In this document: positions 58,152-64,000 of the stretch, piece by piece
Position numbering within the stretch: the first letter of the stretch is position 1
Layout: each line of letters starts with the position of its first letter
DNA from: a virus
Length of the DNA stretch: 64,000 nucleotides
Reading direction: 5' to 3' (one strand)
IMG/VR virus record: IMGVR_UViG_3300042904_000107
Span: 1 to 64,000 of that record
Program-made: the position numbers and the translations under genes
The notes under the pieces: model-generated
What the model was told of the DNA's origin: nothing
What the model saw: only the letters and a program-made list of their open reading frames with translations
The model's database searches: none

Positions 58152-59867
58152 TCATTGCTCCATAATTGAGAAGCCGCGCTCCTCAACAAATTTGATCGTG
58201 TTTTGGAACTTGTCGGTGAATACATCACCCTTCGGTGAAATTACAAACATGTTCACGTCTTTGGCAAGCGCATTAATCAGCTTCAGGAAGTCATCGATAC
58301 CATTATCGTCAAGAGCCGACTCAAAGATTTCATCCATGAGTAGCAGATTGGTGTTGGCACTATTTCTCAACTTCGCAATTTCTCGCCATGTAAACATCAC
58401 CGCAAGGTCAATACGAAGCTTCTGTCCTTCTGAAAGTTGGTAGTAGATGCGCTCTTTGCTACCGCGAATGTGGATTGTCTCTTTGAAGTTCTCGTCCAAC
58501 GTGAAATTCGCAAAGAAGTCCATTGCGGCAAGGTACTTGTTGACGTACTTATTGATAATTGGAAGGTATTGCTTGATAATCTTCGTCTTAATGCCTGTGT
58601 CCTTCAGCATTACCGCGACAATATCCAAATAGTGTTTGCGGGACGTTAGATCGTCGCGCGTCTTAACCATCTCTCGGAGAGAATCTTCAAGTTTTACCAA
58701 CTTGCTTTCATGCTCCGCTGAGTCTCCACCGCTGTCTCGGAGATCATCAATCTCCCTTTGGACAGTCTTGATATACTTTTCAATTGCGTGGATTGAAGAC
58801 TTAATCTTGTGGATCTTCTGATTCCGTTCGTCTACAGCTTTAAGAACGGTATTAATCTCTTCAAGTCTCGATTCCGACGATTTTAGGTCTTCTTGAAGTT
58901 TACTGAGAGCAGTTTCGATCTCCACAACCAATTCCTGTTTGCGCGTAAGCATATCATTCTTAAAGTCTTCTGCAATGCTCTGCTTACACGTAGGACACTC
59001 GCTTGTCTCCTCAAAAAAGTGGAGTTCTTTGTTTGCCTTCGATTTGTTACTCTCTAGCTTATCAGATGCTTGTTCCAGACCTTTTATGCGCTTTTTCACC
59101 TTGGCCAGGTCTTTAATGCGATCCTCTAGATCTTGAATTTCATTTTGGAGATCTAGAATCTCAGCGTCGTATGTGGATCTCTGACCTTCATTGTCTGCGA
59201 TTGTATCCTTCTTCAACTTGATTGCTGCCGCATTATCCGCTTTCAGCTTTTTCAGGTAAGCGGTGACAAGCGCAACCTTCTCTTGTTGGAGTTCGATTTG
59301 ATTCGAAAGTTGGAGATACTCTTCTTTCATCTCCTGAACGCGAGTCTTGAGAACTTGGTTCATCGAAGAGAAGATTTGGATATCGAGTAAATCCTCAATA
59401 ATGGTCCGTCGGTCGGCCGGTGGTAGTTGCATGAAGGGCACGAACGATGCACTGCCAAGTACAACAATCTGGACAATCGTCTTCTTATTACACTTGAGGA
59501 TATTTTGTTCCAGATACTTTTGGTAATCGCGGGCGTTCGCATCCTGGTTGATGATGGAATTATTCTTGAAGATCTCGAAAGTACGCGGGCGCATACCACG
59601 GCGAATTTTGTAATTTGTGCGCCCGATTTGAAATTCCACTTCGACCATCATCCCTTTATCGTTCGTATCATTAATTAACTGAGGAACAGTTATATTACGG
59701 AATGGTTCACCAAAAAGAACATATACCAGCGCATCAAGTAGTGTTGATTTGCCGGAACCATTTTTCCCCATTATCAAAGTTGTTGGGGATTGATCTAGTT
59801 GAATTTCTGTCCACATATCACCGGTCATTAAAAAATTCTGCCAGCGTATGCGTTTAAAAACAATCAT
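58152..59867 (-). CDS. 46: gp46 recombination ATPase (Rad50/SbcC-like)
   Basis: GKNGSGKST, CPTC zinc hook, LSEGQK, MDEIF. Confidence 0.95.
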   Translation of the reverse strand: MIVFKRIRWQNFLMTGDMWTEIQLDQSPTTLIMGKNGSGKSTLLDALVYVLFGEPFRNITVPQLINDTNDKGMMVEVEFQIGRTNYKIRRGMRPRTFEIFKNNSIINQDANARDYQKYLEQNILKCNKKTIVQIVVLGSASFVPFMQLPPADRRTIIEDLLDIQIFSSMNQVLKTRVQEMKEEYLQLSNQIELQQEKVALVTAYLKKLKADNAAAIKLKKDTIADNEGQRSTYDAEILDLQNEIQDLEDRIKDLAKVKKRIKGLEQASDKLESNKSKANKELHFFEETSECPTCKQSIAEDFKNDMLTRKQELVVEIETALSKLQEDLKSSESRLEEINTVLKAVDERNQKIHKIKSSIHAIEKYIKTVQREIDDLRDSGGDSAEHESKLVKLEDSLREMVKTRDDLTSRKHYLDIVAVMLKDTGIKTKIIKQYLPIINKYVNKYLAAMDFFANFTLDENFKETIHIRGSKERIYYQLSEGQKLRIDLAVMFTWREIAKLRNSANTNLLLMDEIFESALDDNGIDDFLKLINALAKDVNMFVISPKGDVFTDKFQNTIKFVEERGFSIMEQ

Positions 59868-59874
59868 TTTTACC

Positions 59875-60333
59875 TCAATCCACCCACGTTCGATTATGAA
59901 CTATAGACCAGATAGTATGTTGCGAAACTTTGTATATTCTAGATAATCCTCGTTGCGTGTTTCCCTTAGCGTACATATTTCGAATATCCATAATATCTCG
60001 CTCCGTTAATTTCGAATTACCTGCTCGCTCCCGCCGCAAGTGGGCTTGTCTTCCTTTACTATTTCGGTCAGCAATGTTATCAGCATCCGAACCTAAAAAG
60101 AAATGAAAAGGATTAACACAGGAAGGAGTATCACATTTATGGCACACCCTTAAATTATTTGGAATTTTACCAAAATGGATTTCCCAAGAAACTCTATGAG
60201 CCCGCTGAGATCTTCCTTCAAACCAGAACATCCCGTAACCTTCTTTACTATCTTTAGCACCGGTCCAAATCCAACATGAATCTGTCTTATCTACTTTGGA
60301 AAAGAACCGTTCGAGTAACGGTTCTTTTTTCAT
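59875..60333 (-). CDS. HNH homing endonuclease
   Basis: CWIWTG, AHRVSW, VCHKCD.P.CVNP.H. Confidence 0.9.
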   Translation of the reverse strand: MKKEPLLERFFSKVDKTDSCWIWTGAKDSKEGYGMFWFEGRSQRAHRVSWEIHFGKIPNNLRVCHKCDTPSCVNPFHFFLGSDADNIADRNSKGRQAHLRRERAGNSKLTERDIMDIRNMYAKGNTQRGLSRIYKVSQHTIWSIVHNRTWVD

Positions 60334-60701
60334 TGGCTCTTTTTCGCGGTGTATCTTTCGATTTCTTCGTTGTTGGAAAGCATAATGGTTTCATCAGGAA
60401 ACACAATGCTTAGGCGCATCTGCTTACACTTCTTCAATAGCTCCGATGCTAATTCCAATGCTCCCATTTCAATGTTAACAGGATGCGACGGGAATCTAGG
60501 ATAATTGATAAACCCGACTATAATTCCAGGTTCTCTACCGCCTCGATAGATGTACTCTGTCCTTGTGACAGATACACACTGGCTAACTCTATCGACCCAG
60601 TCTTGGATAAACGATTCAACTTCCTCAAAAGGCATTACCTCGTCAGTATAGCCCCGTTTCAATCCGCAGTAGATTGTGGCAGTATAAGTTTCTGCTTTCA
60701 T
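60330..60701 (-). CDS. hypothetical protein
   Basis: 123-aa ORF, GG.EPG..VG.INYPRFP. Confidence 0.65.
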   Translation of the reverse strand: MKAETYTATIYCGLKRGYTDEVMPFEEVESFIQDWVDRVSQCVSVTRTEYIYRGGREPGIIVGFINYPRFPSHPVNIEMGALELASELLKKCKQMRLSIVFPDETIMLSNNEEIERYTAKKSQ

Positions 60702-61300
60702 TTGCCGTTACCAAATTGCATCGACAGCATATCCGCCATATGTAGGATATTTGCTTCAACTGTTTGTGGTTCTACAGGACTACCCCACTCTAAACGTCCG
60801 TGGTGAGAAAGTAGGCAGTGTTCAATGTTTAGTACTTTGTTTTCAAATTCACCGTTATCTACAGGAAGAGTTTCGGTGAATTTAGCTAGGTTCTTGATGA
60901 ATTCTGCATGGCTACCAGCAACGTGCCGCACTAAATTGCGATAAGGTGTTTTACCAAACTTTACAGGGACACCGTTACTATAAACACCAATTCCCTGAAC
61001 CTCAGGAAGATACTCCTTGATCTTCATGTAATCGTGGTAGATTGCGGCAACTGTCAAGACTTCTCGATCGGCTGCCCTATAGATGTTAGACAGATGAAAC
61101 GATGTTTCCAACACTTCTGCTGTGTGGACTATCAGTCCACCTTCATAAGCATGGTGCTGCCCCGCAGATCCGTAGGTGGTCAAAAATCGCGGATCGTCAA
61201 GCACTTTCAGACATAATTGGTAAAACGGTGAACTAAGTTCTTTTGCCGTTTCTCTCATCCAAGTTAGATGAGCCTTGATTGTAAATGGTGGTAGGATCAT
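60698..61300 (-). CDS. HD-domain hydrolase (YhaM-like)
   Basis: HHAY.GGL..HT, HDY.K, HC.LSHHG.LEWGSP, LH.AD. Confidence 0.85.
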   Translation of the reverse strand: MILPPFTIKAHLTWMRETAKELSSPFYQLCLKVLDDPRFLTTYGSAGQHHAYEGGLIVHTAEVLETSFHLSNIYRAADREVLTVAAIYHDYMKIKEYLPEVQGIGVYSNGVPVKFGKTPYRNLVRHVAGSHAEFIKNLAKFTETLPVDNGEFENKVLNIEHCLLSHHGRLEWGSPVEPQTVEANILHMADMLSMQFGNGK

Positions 61301-61551
61301 TCTTCACAAATATCATGGATGAATCTAAGAGCCATAGCAGCAATCTGGACGCACTCCTCGCGCATCTCCGCTTTATTACGCTTGGAACTCTTGAGTCTCA
61401 CATGCTCCCACAGTTCGTCTACTTCCTCGTAAAGTACTGCCCAACCCTCGTGTGCCGAGTTGAATTTACCGTGCTTCTTTGTGGCGCTTATAAATTCATG
61501 CTCCACATCGGTGAACGCGGTTTCCATCACTTCTTTGTTGATATCTGCCAT
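61297..61551 (-). CDS. MazG-like NTP pyrophosphohydrolase
   Basis: HEG.AV..EEVDELW, EE..Q.AAMA. Confidence 0.7.
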   Translation of the reverse strand: MADINKEVMETAFTDVEHEFISATKKHGKFNSAHEGWAVLYEEVDELWEHVRLKSSKRNKAEMREECVQIAAMALRFIHDICEE

Positions 61552-61765
61552 TATTTTTCTTTTTCCCAAGACTTTAAGCCATCTTCGAAAGTTTTAAATG
61601 GACCTAACTTCTTGAAGCCTTCAGTTCCTTTAGTCGTACCGTACTCTGAACCCAACACAGCCATTCGAACAAAATACCAACCGGTACTATACGCAGATGC
61701 ATACCAGCTACCATTTCTACGAACACCCGTTTTCAACATTTCCCATGTTGCTTTCTTCTTTGGCA

Positions 61766-62851
61766 TTATCGATCCATATGGCTTGCCTCTACGTACAACA
61801 AGCGTAATTCCTCTTTGATTTTCGCTTTGTCCGAGTCAATTTCAAGACCATCCACATACTTGTTCAGGATCGTTAGTGTATCTTCTGCCATGTCTACCAC
61901 AACCTCTGTGTCGCTTTCATTAAGACTGAGATCCTCTTCAATCTTTACATCGGCGGGGTTTAGAGAGAATAGCTTTTCCAGATACTTCTCAAAATAGTAT
62001 GGGTTGGTCCGGTTTGCAACAATGACTTTGACATATGTACCTGAATACTTTTCTGTCAATCGCTTTAGTAGTGTTCCTAGTTCTTTATTCTTATCATCAT
62101 AAAACAACTTATGGAACATTCTATATGGGTTCTGGATGAACTCGACGTTATCTTTACCAGGTTCCCAGACATGAAACCCGCGTGGGTCGTTCACGTCGGC
62201 AAAAGTCATCTCATATGGTGCACCAAGATAATGGATGTTACCTTCGTCTGACTTGTGGTGATAATGTCCTGAACAGACTAGATTGAACTTATTGAATATT
62301 TCTGGATCTAGACCATGTTCGGCTTTTTGACCACGCTGCATGATGAAGCCTTTTAGCTCCAAGTGACCCATTAAGATTTTGGCGTCAGTATTTTTGATTG
62401 CAGCGAGAGATTGCTCCATATTGGCAGTATTCATCCACGGCATCAGGAGAACTTTGGTTTCATCAAACAAAACCTCTTCAGGTTCTGTTAATACCATAAT
62501 GTTTTCCATATCAGAGAATAACTCCTGCATGGAGTTTACTTCATTGGTATTCTTAAAGAATGTGTCGTGGTTTCCCACTGTGACAATTACTAGTATACCC
62601 AACTCCTTCAATCGTGCCATAATTCTAGTGCGGACGATGTTCAGAGTGTAAAAATTAATATACTTTCGGCGGTCGGTAAAATCTCCAAGATGGATTAGAA
62701 TTTTGACGTTGTTCTCAATGAGCCAAGGAAACAAAACTTGCTCAAAGAACCGCAGGAAGTAGTCATGGAATACCATGCTATCGGAGCGAGCACCTAAATG
62801 GGTATCTGTGATAATTGCCACTTTACCGTTATTAGTGGTAAAGGTCCTCAT
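61766..62851 (-). CDS. 47: gp47 recombination nuclease (Mre11/SbcD-like)
   Basis: TDTHLG, HLGD..DRR, GNHD, GHLE, SGHYH. Confidence 0.95.
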   Translation of the reverse strand: MRTFTTNNGKVAIITDTHLGARSDSMVFHDYFLRFFEQVLFPWLIENNVKILIHLGDFTDRRKYINFYTLNIVRTRIMARLKELGILVIVTVGNHDTFFKNTNEVNSMQELFSDMENIMVLTEPEEVLFDETKVLLMPWMNTANMEQSLAAIKNTDAKILMGHLELKGFIMQRGQKAEHGLDPEIFNKFNLVCSGHYHHKSDEGNIHYLGAPYEMTFADVNDPRGFHVWEPGKDNVEFIQNPYRMFHKLFYDDKNKELGTLLKRLTEKYSGTYVKVIVANRTNPYYFEKYLEKLFSLNPADVKIEEDLSLNESDTEVVVDMAEDTLTILNKYVDGLEIDSDKAKIKEELRLLYVEASHMDR

Positions 62852-63495
62852 AGTTCGATTGGTAGGGGATCAACAGGCACCATGAATTTTTCAATGCCTG
62901 GATCTTCAATTCTTTTTCGCGTGCGTGTGGACTCTTTCTTTTTGGCTCTCTTCTTCTCTTCAAAATTCTTGACGATATCACTCTTATTTTCTCGGATGAA
63001 GTCGATATATGTGTTCTTATATCCACCATCATCTCCGGTTTGAGTGGAGAAGAATTCCATGGCGCCTTCCAAAGACTTTTGCCTGATATAGGAGTGCTCT
63101 TCCTCTTTCGCAATACGGCGGAGGAAAGCATAACCCATTAGCTGTGTGAAATATGCAAATGGATTATTGGACTTTTCAGGATCAAAGTTCTCCAAGTACT
63201 TAATGGCATTTTCAATCGCATCACCGACCATTTCCTCTCGGAATGTGTAGTTGATGAAATTGGGTTTATAGGAAAGATGCTCCGCGATCTTTAGCAGGCA
63301 TTCTCCAATAAACTCGTAATCTGAAGTACGAGGACGTTCGAACTTAGGTAGGTCTTCTTTCTTAACCCCTTTGGCAAGAAGCTTTTTACATTCTTTCAGC
63401 CATTTTGCTTTGATGGGTAATGCAACTGGAAGGTAGCATTTGAAAGCCTCTAAGAAAGCTTTGTTGTCCACGTAATGATTGGCTTTACGTGACAT
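62848..63495 (-). CDS. 55: gp55 late-transcription sigma factor
   Basis: HYVDNK.F, NFINYT.REEM..D.IEN, NFDP.KS.NPFAYFTQ. Confidence 0.95.
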   Translation of the reverse strand: MSRKANHYVDNKAFLEAFKCYLPVALPIKAKWLKECKKLLAKGVKKEDLPKFERPRTSDYEFIGECLLKIAEHLSYKPNFINYTFREEMVGDAIENAIKYLENFDPEKSNNPFAYFTQLMGYAFLRRIAKEEEHSYIRQKSLEGAMEFFSTQTGDDGGYKNTYIDFIRENKSDIVKNFEEKKRAKKKESTRTRKRIEDPGIEKFMVPVDPLPIEL

Positions 63496-63532
63496 GCTCT
63501 CCTTGAGTACTAAACACTTTTCACATGATTAA

Positions 63533-63561
63533 ATTATAACACATTTGGTGTACCAATGCAA
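63533..63561 (-). promoter_or_regulatory. sigma70-type promoter for gp55-47-46
   Basis: TTGCAT-17-TATAAT with TG. Confidence 0.7.
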
Positions 63562-63647
63562 GTTGGTAAATAAAGAGGAAATTTCATCATTCATTGACTT
63601 ATTTTCTCTTTATTTTCAATGAGATATAAGATTTTTGGTTTACCCTA

Positions 63648-63676
63648 TTGACAAGGGCCTTGACAAGTGTTATACT
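63648..63676 (+). promoter_or_regulatory. sigma70-type promoter with tandem TTGACA
   Basis: TTGACA-agggccTTGACAagtgt-TATACT. Confidence 0.75.
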
Positions 63677-63732
63677 GACTGTGTAGCCCTTTGAAGTTGG
63701 GTTATTAAAGGTACTAAGACCTTAGAGGACCT

Positions 63733-63915
63733 ATGGGCGGCTTATTAGCAATAGTGATTATCGCATACATTCTGTTCCGAACCAGAGGCCATTGGGGCGA
63801 ATTGTTCGCCATTGGCGGAGCCGTCATAGTGGGATGGTGGATCATCAAGCTCACCCTGGGTATCATTCTTGCTATCTTTGGGTTAGGGCTATTGGCCTAC
63901 CTATTCACGCTTTAA
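63733..63915 (+). CDS. small membrane protein
   Basis: 60 aa, hydrophobic, SD GAGG, own promoter. Confidence 0.7.
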   Translation: MGGLLAIVIIAYILFRTRGHWGELFAIGGAVIVGWWIIKLTLGIILAIFGLGLLAYLFTL

Positions 63916-64000
63916 TAAGCATGGGGCGATTCAAAGGAGGGTCGCCCTATGTTCTATAATGTTCAATTAAGCTGGGAGCGTTTCTTAGAAGCGATTTCAG

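Noticed and set aside
1-64000. Stop-codon recoding of the genome
   Set aside because: Core genes are full length under the standard code and end in TAA, TAG or TGA.

Overview
64 kb segment of a large T4-like myovirus (dsDNA phage) genome, almost entirely transcribed on the minus strand. It carries the T4-type replication, recombination and late-transcription core (gp41, uvsX, gp43, regA, gp62/44/45, gp46/47, gp55), DNA ligase, dUTPase, endolysin, three HNH and one GIY-YIG endonucleases, NAD salvage (NAMPT + NMNAT-Nudix), and a dispersed array of 28 canonical tRNA genes covering 19 amino acids (Pro only as a degenerate copy). The most unusual content is non-coding RNA: (i) an RNA reproducing the 23S rRNA uL11/thiostrepton-binding domain (H43-H44) with a ~110-nt structured insert; (ii) a Ro60/TROVE gene downstream of four Y-RNA-like modules, one a tRNA-Y chimera with an open CCA end; (iii) several non-canonical tRNA-like RNAs. 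These co-occur with RNA-repair enzymes (DRB0094-type RNA ligase, RlaP-like nucleotidyltransferase). Also notable are an ACP-FkbH-GNAT-PLP-HAD-methyltransferase cluster (candidate modification pathway) and anti-defence candidates (NDT-Acb1 fusion, Acb2/Tad1-like hairpin protein, macrodomain). All calls come from manual motif reading and folding by eye; no searches were run.
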